DNA of 64,000 nucleotides from Malacoraja senta (taxonomy: Eukaryota), in NCBI GenBank assembly GCA_038087875.1, contig CM075995.1, positions 10,480,001 through 10,544,000 on the forward strand. Reading direction: 5' to 3'. The position numbers were made by a program, and so were the translations under genes. Positions within the stretch are counted from its first letter, which is position 1; every line of letters starts with the position of its first letter. This document shows, piece by piece, positions 50,669-63,109 of this stretch. Under the pieces are notes generated by a model. The model saw only the letters and a list, made by a program, of their open reading frames with translations, did not search any database and had not been told where the DNA came from.

Positions 50669-52656
50669 AACAATCAACACAAGCATTTTCCTAACTTGCG
50701 ATATAAGGCTAACTGGTCTATAATTCCCCATTTTCTCTCTTCCTCCTTTCCTAAAAATTGAGTTCCATTGGCTACCCTCCCATCCACAGGAACTGATCCA
50801 GGGTCGAGAGAACATTGAAAAATGATCACCAATGCATCCACGATTTCTAGGGCCACCTCCTTGAGTACTCTGGGATGCAGACCATCATCGAAACATAGAA
50901 ACATAGAAAATAGGTGCAGGAGTAGGCCATTCGGCCCTTCGAGCCTGCACCGCCATTCAGTATGATCATGGCTGATAATCCAACTCAGTATACTGTACCT
51001 GCCTTCTCTCCATACCCCCTGATCCCTTTAGCCACAAGAGCCACATCTAACTCCCTCTTAAATATAGCCAATGAACTGGCCTCAACTACCTTCTGTGGCA
51101 GAGAGTTCCAGAGATTCACCACTCTCTGTGTGAAAAATGTTTTTCTCATCTCGGTCCTAAGGATTTCCCCTTTATCCATAAACTGTGACCCCTTGTCCTG
51201 GACTTCCACCAACATCGGGAACAATCTTCCTGCATCTAGCCTGTCCAACCCCTTAAGAATTTTGTAAGTTTCTATAAGATCCCCCCTCAATCTTCTAAAT
51301 TCTAGCGAGTACAAGCCAAGTCTACCCAGTCTTTCTTCATATGAAAGTCCTGACATCCCAGGAATCAGTCTGGCGAACCTTCTCTGTACTCCCTCTATGG
51401 CAAGAATGTCTTTCCTCAGATTCAGAGACCAAAGCTGTATGCAATACTCCAGGTGTGGTCTCACCAAGACCTTGTACAACTGCAGTAGAACTTCCCTGCT
51501 CCTATACTCAAATTCTTTTGCTATGAATGCTAACATACCATTCACTTTCTTCACTGCCTCCTGCACCTGCATGCCTACTTTCAATGACTGGTGTACCATG
51601 ACACCCAGGTCTCCTTGCATCTCCCATTTTCATAATCGGCTACCATTCAGATAATAGTCTGCTTTCCTGTTTTTGCCCCCAAAGTGGATAACCTCACATT
51701 TATCCACATTATACTGCATCTGCCATGCATTTGCCCACTCACCCAGCCTATCCAAGTCACCTTGCAGCCTCCTAGCGTCCTCCTCACAGCTAATACTGCC
51801 CCCCAGCTTCGTGTCATCCACAAACTTGGAGATGTTGCATTCAATTCCCTCGTCCAAATCATTAATATTTATTGTAAATAGCTGGAGTCCCAGCACTGAG
51901 CCTTGCGGTACCCCACTCGTCACTGCCTGCCATTCTGAAAAGGATCCGTTTACTCCTACTCTTTGCTTCCTGTTTGCCAGCCAGGTCTCTATCCACATCA
52001 ATACTGAACCCCCAATACAGTGTGCTTTAAGTTTGCATACTAATCCCTTATGTGGGACCTTGTCGAAAGCCTTCCGAAAATCCAGATATAACACATCCAC
52101 TGGTGCTCCCTTATCCACTCTACTAGTTACATCCTCGAAAAATTCTATAAGATTCGTCAGACATGATTTACCTTTCGTAAATCCATGCTGACTTTGTCCA
52201 ATGATTTCACCACTTTCCAAATGTGCTGCTCTCCCATCTTTAATAACAGACTCTAGCAGTTTCCCCACTACCGATGTTAGACTAACGTCTGTAAATCCCC
52301 GTTTTCTCTCTCCCTCCTTTTTTTAAAAGTGGGGTTACAATAGCTACCCTCCAATCCTCAGGAACTACTCCAGAATCTAAGGAGTTTTTAAAAATTATCA
52401 CTAATGCATCCACTATTTCTGGGGCTATTTTCTTAAGTACTCTGGGATGCAGCCTATCTGGCCCTGAGAATTTATCGGCCTTCAGGCCCTGGGGATTTAT
52501 TTGCCTTCAGTCCCAACAGTTTACCAACTGTTGATTGACAAATGTGGATTCCCTTCAGTTCCTCCCTCCCACTAGATCATCGGTCCCCTATTATTTCTGG
52601 GAGATTGTTTGTGTCTTCATTAGTGAAAACAGAAGCAAAGTACTTGTTTAACTGGT

Positions 52657-52885
52657 AGGTACACAAAAATGCTGGAGAAATTCAGCGGGTGCAGCAGCAT
52701 CTATGGAGCGAAGGAAACGGGTAACGTTTCGGGCCGAAACCCTTCTTCAGACTGATAGGGGGTGGGGAGAAGAAAGGAAAAAAGGAAAAAGGCGGAGGAG
52801 GAGCCCGAGGGCTGGGGGAGGGGAGGAGACAACCAGATGGCTGATGAAGGGGAGGGGACAGCAAGGGCTAGCAGAATCCTTACCC
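52657..52885 (-). mobile_element. Penelope pLTR insertion with 16-bp target duplication and intact hammerhead core (52723-52750)
   Basis: tacttgtttaactggt at 52641-52656 and 52886-52901. Reverse complement CTGAAGA-A-GGGT(TTCG)GCCC-GAAAC-GTT. Confidence 0.78.
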
Positions 52886-54644
52886 TACTTGTTTAACTGG
52901 TTTGCCATTTTCTTGTTTCCCACTATAAATTCAATTGTCTCAAGGGACCTACATTTGTTTCCATTAATCTTTTCCTTTATACATATTTAAATAAGCTTTT
53001 AAGGTCAGTTTTTGTAGTCCCCGCAAGCTTTCTTTCGTGCTCTTTTTCCCCACTCTTAATTAACCCATTTGTCCTCCTCTGTTGAGTTCAAAATTTCTCC
53101 CAGTCCTCCGGTTTGCTTCTTCCTCTGGCCACTTTACATGCAATGCCCAAGAATAACACTATCCCTGATTTCTTCCGTTAGCCAAGGTTGCGCCGCCCTC
53201 CCCGTTCTATTTTTTATTTTTTTGCCGGACAGGGATGATCAATCTTTGGAGTTCATCCATGCGGTCTTTAAATCGTTCCCATTGTATCTCCACCGCCAAG
53301 TATAATTTGCCAGTCTACCCTAGCCAATTCCCAACTCATTCCTCCAAAGTCTGCTTTCTTTAAGTTTAGGATCCCAGTCTCTGAATTAACCATGTCACTT
53401 TCCATCCTAATGCAGAATTCCACCATATTATGACCAGTGATGCCCAAGGGGCTTTGCACAACAAGACCGCTAACTAATCCTTCCTCATTACACAATAACC
53501 AGTCTATGATGGCCTGTCCTCCAGTCGGTTCTTCTACTTATTGGTTTAAAAAAACGTCGCATATACACAGAAGCATAGAAACATAGAAACTAGCAGGAGT
53601 AGGTCATTTGGCCCTTCGAGCCAGCACCATATGATAATGGCTGATCGTCCAAAATCAGTACCCTGTTGCTGTTTTCTCCACATAACACTTGATTCCGTTA
53701 GCCCCAAGGGCTATATCTAACTCTTAAATATACCCAGTTAATTAGCCTCCATTGCGTTCTATGGCAGAGAATTCCACAGATTCGAAACTCTCTGGGTGAA
53801 AACGTTTTTCCTCATCTCAGTCCTAAATGGCCTACCCCTTATTCTTTAACTGGGAACCCTGGTTCTGGACTCCCTCAACACCGGTGACATTTTTCGTGCA
53901 TCTATCCTGCCTAACCCCTTAAGAATGTTACATGTTTCTCTACTTTCACACTTTTTTGCACTTTCAGATGGTGTAATGGAAGTTCCTCATTGAAACTTTG
54001 CTACAGAAACTTCCAGAATTGCCAGAATCTCACAGAGTTGCTGAAATCCGCCAGTGATATGTTTTTGTTTTGCTCCAGACTCCCGTAACTTCAGTTTCTT
54101 TTGTCTTCAGGGAACAAGTATAACTGAGTTTTTTTAACTGGAGACTCTACCAATTATGGTCTAGGGTTAAGGAGGGAGATAAGCCAACTTTGTGGTATTT
54201 GAAGATTATTCTGTATTTTTAGTGGAAACTGAAATGATGATCCTCTTAATCTTGAATGAGCAGATAAAATCATTAATCTGTCTGTTTAATATTGCAATCG
54301 TCATGGAACAACATCCTGTTGTCCCCAACGTTTAAACATTTATATGTTTACTAGACTAAGTGGGACCCGTTGGGTCCCATGTTCACACGGGAGGGCTGGT
54401 ACCCCGACGCAATATTCCACCTCTCCACCAATTCCAATATTGGTGGCCAGTGGGGGGGGGGCTTTCTGGAGCGCTGGTATGGGTGTTGTTGGCTGCAGGG
54501 ACTACTGGTCTCCAGAGGGCTAGTATGGACATTGTGGGCCAAATGAATTCTTGGGGCGGCAGTTCAGTCCCTCAAGCCTGATGTGCTGGCAGCTCACTCA
54601 CGGCTGGTGGGCTGGTAGTTGACTCATGGCTATTCCTTGAAATT

Positions 54645-55185
54645 CCATTTCAAGCAGGGTGCAAGGCCACCAAATTCAAATCCATTTTCCTACCATTTCA
54701 AGCAGGGTGCAAGACCACCAAATTCAAGTGCAGTTTCTTACCACTTCGAGCAGGGTGCAAGGCCATCAAATTCACGTGCAGTTTCCTACCACTTCAAGCA
54801 GGGTGCAAGGCCACCGAATTCAAGTGCAGTTTCCTACCACTTCAAGCAGGGTGCAAGGCCACCAAATTCAAGTGCAGTTTCCAACCACTTCAAGCAGGGT
54901 GCAAGGCCACCGAATTCAAGTGCAATTTCATACCACTTCAAGCAGGGTGCAAGGCCACCAAATTCAAGTGCAGTTTCATACCACTTCAAGCTGGATCCAA
55001 GGCCACCAAATTCAAGTGCAGTTTCATACCACTTCAAGCAGGGTGCAAGGCCGCCAAATTCAAGTGCAATTAATTCCACTTCAAGCAGGGGTCAAGGCCA
55101 CCAAATTCAAGTGCAGTTTCATACCATTTCAAGCAGGGTGCAAGGCCGCCACATTCAAATGCATTCATACCTTCAAGCAGGGTGA
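54645..55185 (+). repeat. 48-bp minisatellite, ~11 copies
   Basis: Unit ttcaagcagggtgcaaggccaccaaattcaagtgcagtttc(a/c)taccac. Confidence 0.93.
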
Positions 55186-55557
55186 AACCACCATAAAAGC
55201 ACCATAAAAGCACACAAAACAACAAACTCGCAGTTCAGTAGACATTCAGTTGATTCACAGCTCAGACAGAGTCGTGACCTCCCCCACTCCCATCATGCAG
55301 AGACAGAGCCACACCCACACTTCCGGGTTTTATAACCCCTCCCCTTCCCACCGGAAAAGGTGTGGCCTTCATAGCGTGATTGACAGGAGAGAGATTCTCA
55401 ACATTTTTTAAACACTAACAACACATTTATTTTTAATTAATGGAAATAATCCTCTCCACCTGCTGAACGGAGGGGGAGTGAGTAAGATGGCCAAAAACCA
55501 TAGCCGTAAATGGTAGCGTTTTATCTAAAACAAATATACAGTGCAAACAGGAAGTTA

Positions 55558-58500
55558 CCCAAAGCACCCAAACCACCATTTCATTAGGGCCTTTTAACTT
55601 CAAGCCAAAGCACCCAAACCACTATTTGCAGTAGTGCCTTTTAATTTCAAGCCAAAGCACCCAAACCACCATTTGCAGCAGTGCCTTTTAACTTCAAGCC
55701 AAAGTACCCAACCCACCATTTGCAGTAGTGCCTTTTAACTTCAAGCCAAAGCACCCAACGCACCATTTGCAGTAGTGCCGTTTAACTTCTAACCAAAGCA
55801 CCCAAACCACCATTTGCAGTAGTGCCTTTTAACTTCAAGCCAAAGCACCCAAACCACCATTTGGAGTAGTGCCTATTAACTTCAAGCCAAAGTACCCAAC
55901 CCACCATTTGCAGTAGTGCCGTTTAACTTCAAGCCAAAGCACCCAAACCACCATTTGCCGCAGTGCCTTTTAACCAAGCCAAAGCACCCAAACCACTATT
56001 TCCAGTAGTGCCTTTTAACTTCAAGCCAAAGCAACCAAACCACCATTTGCAGTAGTGCCTTTTAACCAAGCCAAAGCACCCAAAGCACCATTTGCAATAG
56101 TGCCTTTTAACTTCAAGCCAAAGCACCCAAACCACCATTTGAAGTAGTGCCTTTTAACTTCAAGCCAAAGCACACAAACAACCATTTGCATTAGTGCCTT
56201 TTAACTTCAAGTCAAAGCACCCAAACCACCATTTGCAGTAGTCCCTTTTAACGTCAAGCCAAAGCACCCAAACCACCATTTGCAGTAGTGCCTTTTAACT
56301 TCAAGCCAAAGCACCCAAACCACCATTTGCACTAGTGCTTATTAACTTCAAGCCAAAGCACCCAAACCAACATATGCAGTAATGCCTTTTAGATTCAAGC
56401 CAAAGCAACCAAACCACCATTTGCAGTGGTGCCTTTTAACTCCAGGCCAAAGCACCCAAACCACCTTTTGCAGTGGTGCCTTTTAACTTCAAGCCAAAGC
56501 ACCCAAACCACCATTTGCAGTGGTGCCTTTTAACTTCAAGCCAAAGCACCCAAACCACCATTTGAAGTAGTGCCTTTTAATTACAAGCCAAAGCACCCAA
56601 ACCACCAATTGTAGTAGTGCCTTTTAACTTCAAGCCAAAGCACCCAAACCACCATTTGCAGTAGTGCCTTTTAACTTCAAGCCAAGGCACTCAAACCACC
56701 ATTTACAGTAGTGCCTTTTAACTTCAAGCCAAAGCACCCAAACCACCATTTGTAGTTATGCCTTTAAACTTCAAGCCAATGCACCCAAACCACAATTTGT
56801 AGTAGTGCCTTTTAACCAAGCCAAAGCACACAAACCACTATTTGCAGTAGTGCCTTTTAATTTCAAGCCAAAGCACCCAAACCACCATTTGTAGTAGTGC
56901 CTTTTAACTTCAAGCCAAAGCACCCAAACCACCATTTGAAGTAGTGCCTTTTAACTTCAAGCCAAAGCACCCAAACCACCGTTTGCAGTAGTGCCTTTTA
57001 ACCTCAACCCAAAGCACCGAAACCACCATTTGCAGTAGTGCCTTTTCACTTCAAGCCAAAGCAACCAAACCACCATTTGCAGTAGTGCCTTTTAACTTCA
57101 AGCCAAAGCACTCAAACCACCATTTGCAGTAGTACCTTTTAACCAAGCCAAAGCACCCAAACCACCATTTGCAGTAGTGCCTTTTAACTTCAAGCCAAAG
57201 CACCCAGACCACCATTTGCAGTAGTGCCTTTTAACTTCAAGCCAAAGCACCCAAACCATCATTTGCAGTAGTGCCTATTAATTTCAAGCCACAGCAACCA
57301 AACCACCCATTACAGTAGTGCCTTTTAACTTCAAGCCAAAGCACCCAAACCACCATTTGCAGTAGTGCCTTTTAACTTCAAGCCAAAGCACCCAAACCAC
57401 CATTTGCAGTAGTGCCTTTTAACTTCAAGCCAAAGCACCCAAACCACCATTTGCAGTAGTGCCTTTTAACCTCAACCCAAAGCACCGAAACCACCATTTG
57501 CAGTAGTGCCTTTTAACTTCAAGCCAAAGCACCCAAAACACCATTTGCAGTAGTGCCTTTTAACTTCAAGCCAAAGCACTCAAACCACCATTTGCAGTAG
57601 TGCCTTTTAACTTCAAGCCAAAGCACCCAGACCACCATTTGCAGTAGTGCGTTTTAACTTCAACCCAAAGCACCCAAACCACCATTAGCAGTAGCACCTT
57701 TTAACCATGCCAAAGCACCCAAACCACCATTTGCAGTAGTGCCTTTTTACTTCAAGCCAAAGCACCTAACCCACCATTTGCAGTAGTGCCTTTTAATTTC
57801 AAGCCAAAGCACCCAAACCACCGTTTGCAGTAGTGCCTTTTAACTTCAACCCATAGCACCCAAACCACCATTTGCAGTAGTGGCTTTTAACTTCAACCCA
57901 AAGCACCCAAACCACCATTAGCAGTAGTGCCTTTTAACTTCAAGCCAAAGCACCCAAACCACCATTTGAAGCAGTGCCTTTTAATTTCAAGCCAAAGCAC
58001 CCAAACCACCGTTTGCAGTAGTGCCTTTTAACCTCAACCCAAAGCACCGAAACCACCATTTGCAGTAGTGCCTTTTCACTTCAAGCCAAAGCACCCAAAC
58101 CACCATTTGCAGTAGTGCCTTTTAACTTCAAGCCAAAGCACTCAAACCACCATTTGCAGTAGTACCTTTTAACCAAGCCAAAGCACCCAAACCACCATTT
58201 GCAGTAGTGCCTTTTAACTTCAAGCCAAAGCACCCAGACCACCATTTGCAGTAGTGCCTTTTAACTTCAAGCCAAAGCACCCAAACCATCATTTGCAGTA
58301 GTGCCTATTAATTTCAAGCCACAGCAACCAAACCACCCATTACAGTAGTGCCTTTTAACTTCAAGCCAAAGCACCCAAACCACCATTTGCAGTAGTGCCT
58401 TTTAACTTCAAGCCAAAGCACCCAAACCACCATTTGCAGTAGTGCCTTTTAACTTCAAGCCAAAGCACCCAAACCACCATTTGCAGTAGTGCCTTTTAAC

Positions 58501-61500
58501 CTCAACCCAAAGCACCGAAACCACCATTTGCAGTAGTGCCTTTTAACTTCAAGCCAAAGCACCCAAAACACCATTTGCAGTAGTGCCTTTTAACTTCAAG
58601 CCAAAGCACTCAAACCACCATTTGCAGTAGTGCCTTTTAACTTCAAGCCAAAGCACCCAGACCACCATTTGCAGTAGTGCGTTTTAACTTCAACCCAAAG
58701 CACCCAAACCACCATTAGCAGTAGCACCTTTTAACCATGCCAAAGCACCCAAACCAGCATTTGCAGTAGTGCCTTTTTACTTCAAGCCAAAGCACCTAAC
58801 CCACCATTTGCAGCAGTGCCTTTTAATTTCAAGCCAAAGCACCCAAACCACCGTTAACAGTAGTGCCTTTTAACTTCAACCCATAGCACCCAAACCACCA
58901 TTTGCAGTAGTGGCTTTTAACTTCAACCCAAAGCACCCAAACCACCATTAGCAGTAGTGCCTTTTAACTTCAGGCCAAATCACCCAAACCACCATTTGCA
59001 GTAGTGCCTTTTAACTTCAAGCCAAAGCACCCAAACCACCATTTGTAATAGTGCCTTTTAACTTCAAGCCAAAGCACCCGAAGCACCATTTGCAGTAGTG
59101 CCTTTTAACATCAAGCTAAAGCACCCAAACCACCATTTGCAGTGTTGCCTTTTAACTTCAAGCCAAAGCACCCGAAGCACCATTTGCAGTAGTGCCTTTT
59201 AACTTCAAGCCAAAGCACCCAAACCACCATTTGCAGTGTTGCCTTTTAACTTCAAGCCAAAGCACCCAAACCACCATTTACAGTAGTTCCTTTTAACTTC
59301 AAGCCAAAGCACCCAAAACACCATTTGCAGTAGTGCCTTTTAACTTCAAGCCAAAGCACTCAAACCACCATTTGCAGTAGTGCCTTTTAACTTCAAGCCA
59401 AAGCACCCAGACCACCATTTGCAGTAGTGCGTTTTAACTTCAACCCAAAGCACCCAAACCACCATTAGCAGTAGCACCTTTTAACCATGCCAAAGCACCC
59501 AAACCACCATTTGCAGTAGTGCCTTTTTACTTCAAGCCAAAGCACCTAACCCACCATTTGCAGTAGTGCCTTTTAATTTCAAGCCAAAGCACCCAAACCA
59601 CCGTTTGCAGTAGTGCCTTTTAACTTCAACCCATAGCACCCAAACCACCATTTGCAGTAGTGGCTTTTAACTTCAACCCAAAGCACCCAAACCACCATTA
59701 GCAGTAGTGCCTTTTAACTTCAAGCCAAAGCACCCAAACCACCATTTGAAGCAGTGCCTTTTAATTTCAAGCCAAAGCACCCAAACCACCGTTTGCAGTA
59801 GTGCCTTTTAACCTCAACCCAAAGCACCGAAACCACCATTTGCAGTAGTGCCTTTTCACTTCAAGCCAAAGCACCCAAACCACCATTTGCAGTAGTGCCT
59901 TTTAACTTCAAGCCAAAGCACTCAAACCACCATTTGCAGTAGTACCTTTTAACCAAGCCAAAGCACCCAAACCACCATTTGCAGTAGTGCCTTTTAACTT
60001 CAAGCCAAAGCACCCAGACCACCATTTGCAGTAGTGCCTTTTAACTTCAAGCCAAAGCACCCAAACCATCATTTGCAGTAGTGCCTATTAATTTCAAGCC
60101 ACAGCAACCAAACCACCCATTACAGTAGTGCCTTTTAACTTCAAGCCAAAGCACCCAAACCACCATTTGCAGTAGTGCCTTTTAACTTCAAGCCAAAGCA
60201 CCCAAACCACCATTTGCAGTAGTGCCTTTTAACTTCAAGCCAAAGCACCCAAACCACCATTTGCAGTAGTGCCTTTTAACCTCAACCCAAAGCACCGAAA
60301 CCACCATTTGCAGTAGTGCCTTTTAACTTCAAGCCAAAGCACCCAAAACACCATTTGCAGTAGTGCCTTTTAACTTCAAGCCAAAGCACTCAAACCACCA
60401 TTTGCAGTAGTGCCTTTTAACTTCAAGCCAAAGCACCCAGACCACCATTTGCAGTAGTGCGTTTTAACTTCAACCCAAAGCACCCAAACCACCATTAGCA
60501 GTAGCACCTTTTAACCATGCCAAAGCACCCAAACCAGCATTTGCAGTAGTGCCTTTTTACTTCAAGCCAAAGCACCTAACCCACCATTTGCAGCAGTGCC
60601 TTTTAATTTCAAGCCAAAGCACCCAAACCACCGTTAACAGTAGTGCCTTTTAACTTCAACCCATAGCACCCAAACCACCATTTGCAGTAGTGGCTTTTAA
60701 CTTCAACCCAAAGCACCCAAACCACCATTAGCAGTAGTGCCTTTTAACTTCAGGCCAAATCACCCAAACCACCATTTGCAGTAGTGCCTTTTAACTTCAA
60801 GCCAAAGCACCCAAACCACCATTTGTAATAGTGCCTTTTAACTTCAAGCCAAAGCACCCGAAGCACCATTTGCAGTAGTGCCTTTTAACATCAAGCTAAA
60901 GCACCCAAACCACCATTTGCAGTGTTGCCTTTTAACTTCAAGCCAAAGCACCCGAAGCACCATTTGCAGTAGTGCCTTTTAACTTCAAGCCAAAGCACCC
61001 AAACCACCATTTGCAGTGTTGCCTTTTAACTTCAAGCCAAAGCACCCAAACCACCATTTACAGTAGTTCCTTTTAACTTCAACCCAAAGCACCCAAACCA
61101 CCATTTGCAGTAGTGCGTTTTAACTTCAAGCCAAAGCACCCAAACCACCATTAGCAGTAGTACCTTTTAACCATGCCAAAGCACCCAAACCACCATTTGC
61201 AGTAGTGCCTTTTTACTTCAAGCCAAAGCACCCAAACCACCATTTGCAGTAGTACCTTTTAACCAAGCCAAAGCACCCAAACAACCATTTGCAGTAGTGC
61301 CTTTTTACTTCAAGCCAAAGCACCTAACCCACCATTTGCAGTAGTGCTTTTTAATTTCAAGCCAAAGCACCCAAACCATCGTTTGCAGTAGTGCCTTTTA
61401 ACTTCAACCCATAGCACCCAAACCACCATTTGCAGTAGTGGCTTTTAACTCCAACCCAAAGCACCCAAACCACCATTAGCAGTAGTTCCTTTTAACTTCA

Positions 61501-62570
61501 GGCCAAATCACCCAAACCACCATTTGCAGTAGTGCCTTTTAACTTCAAGCCAAAGCACCCAAACCACCATTTGTAATAGTGCCTTTTAACTTCAAGCCAA
61601 AGCACCCGAAGCACCATTTGCAGTAGTGCCTTTTAACATCAAGCCAAAGCACCCAAACCACCATTTGCAGTGTTGCCTTTTAACTTCAAGCCAAAGCACC
61701 CGAAGCACCATTTGCAGTAGTGCCTTTTAACTTCAAGCCAAAGCACCCAAACCACCATTTGCAGTGTTGCCTTTTAACTTCAAGCCAAAGCACCCAAACC
61801 ACCATTTACAGTAGTTCCTTTTTACTTCAACCCAAAGCACCCAAACCACCATTTGCAGTAGTACCTTTTAACCAAGCCAAAGCACCCAAACAACCATTTG
61901 CAGTAGTGCCTTTTTACTTCAAGCCAAAGCACCCAAACCACCATTTGCAGTAGTACCTTTTAACCAAGCCAAAGCACCCAAACAACCATTTGCAGTAGTG
62001 CCTTTTTACTTCAAGCCAAAGCACCTAACCCACCATTTGCAGTAGTGCTTTTTTAATTTCAAGCCAAAGCACCCAAACCATCGTTTGCAGTAGTGCATTT
62101 TAACTTCAACCCATAGCACCCAAACCACCATTTGCAGTAGTGGCTTTTAACTCCAACCCAAAGCACCCAAACCACCATTAGCAGTAGTTCCTTTTAACTT
62201 CAGGCCAAATCACCCAAACCACCATTTGCAGTAGTGCCTTTTAACTTCAAGCCAAAGCACCCAAACCACCATTTGTATTAGTGCCTTTTAACTTCAAGCC
62301 AAAGCACCCAAAGCACAATTTGCAGTAGTGCCTTTTAACTTCAAGCCAAAGCACCCAAACCACCATTTGCAGTGTTGCCTTTTAACTTCAAGCCAAAGCA
62401 CCCAAACCACCATTTACAGTAGTTCCTTTTAACTTCAACCCAAAGCACCCAAACCACCATTTGCAGTAGTGCCTTTTAACTTCAACCCAAAGCACCCAAA
62501 CCATTTGCAGCAGTGCCTTTTAACTTCAACCCAAACAACCATTAGCAGACAGTGCGTTTTTACTTCAAAC
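55558..62570 (+). repeat. 47-bp satellite array, ~7 kb (~150 copies)
   Basis: Unit ttcaagccaaagcacccaaaccaccatttgcagtagtgccttttaac, with 45-bp variants. Confidence 0.96.
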
Positions 62571-63109
62571 CAATCATATTTTCATTTTCAAACCACATTA
62601 AGGGGACTCACATTTGAGTAGACATGTGTTCAGTGTTATTCATAGCTCAGAGAGACGTGAGCCTCTGACTTCCTCCATCTTGCAGAGACTGAGTGAGGCA
62701 CACCACTTCCTGGTTTTATAGTCCCTCCCCCTCCCTCCAGCAGGGGCAGCAGATAGAATGGTGAATTTTTAAAAAACATGAATATATCTCTCATTTTTCA
62801 TCGATGGGAAAAATCCTCTGGTCCAGGAAGACGGACGTGGGCTCTCAGCGAGGTGGCCAAAAATGACGGCCGTAGGTGGTGGCGTTCTCTTGGAAATCGC
62901 ACCACAGTGGGCCAAAAGTGGTCAAGATCAGACTTTTAGTAATATAGATATTGTTATATTAAAATGTTATATTAAACATTTATAAATTTATATTGCTCCC
63001 GTATTTCCTTCTTCTTTATAATTTTGAACAAATTATTTGGAAAAGTGCTTGTAATCTTCTACAAAGTTTGGTGTTATTTAAACATGAAAACCCATAATGT
63101 TTATGGTAC

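Larger units (their letters stand above)
48928..53560 (-). mobile_element. Host CR1 LINE fragmented by nested insertions (L2, young CR1 ~50889-52485, PLE pieces)
   Basis: The CR1 ORF2 resumes colinearly on each side of each insert. The young CR1 has long RT ORFs at 50985-52268. Confidence 0.82.
54351..62948 (-). mobile_element. Non-autonomous Helitron carrying two tandem arrays
   Basis: On the minus strand: 5' A|TCTATATTACTAAAAG and 3' hairpin TGGGACCC-AAC-GGGTCCCA followed by CTTAGTCTAG|T. This gives TC...CTAG termini in an A|T target with no TSD. Confidence 0.82.

Noticed and set aside
54619..55207. 188 aa and 182 aa repetitive ORFs
   Set aside because: A by-product of a 48-bp (multiple of 3) minisatellite lacking stops; no splice or start support.
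55558..62570. CRISPR-like or telomeric appearance of the regular array
   Set aside because: Head-to-tail monomers with no unique spacers, no cas genes and no TTAGGG; this is a eukaryotic satellite.
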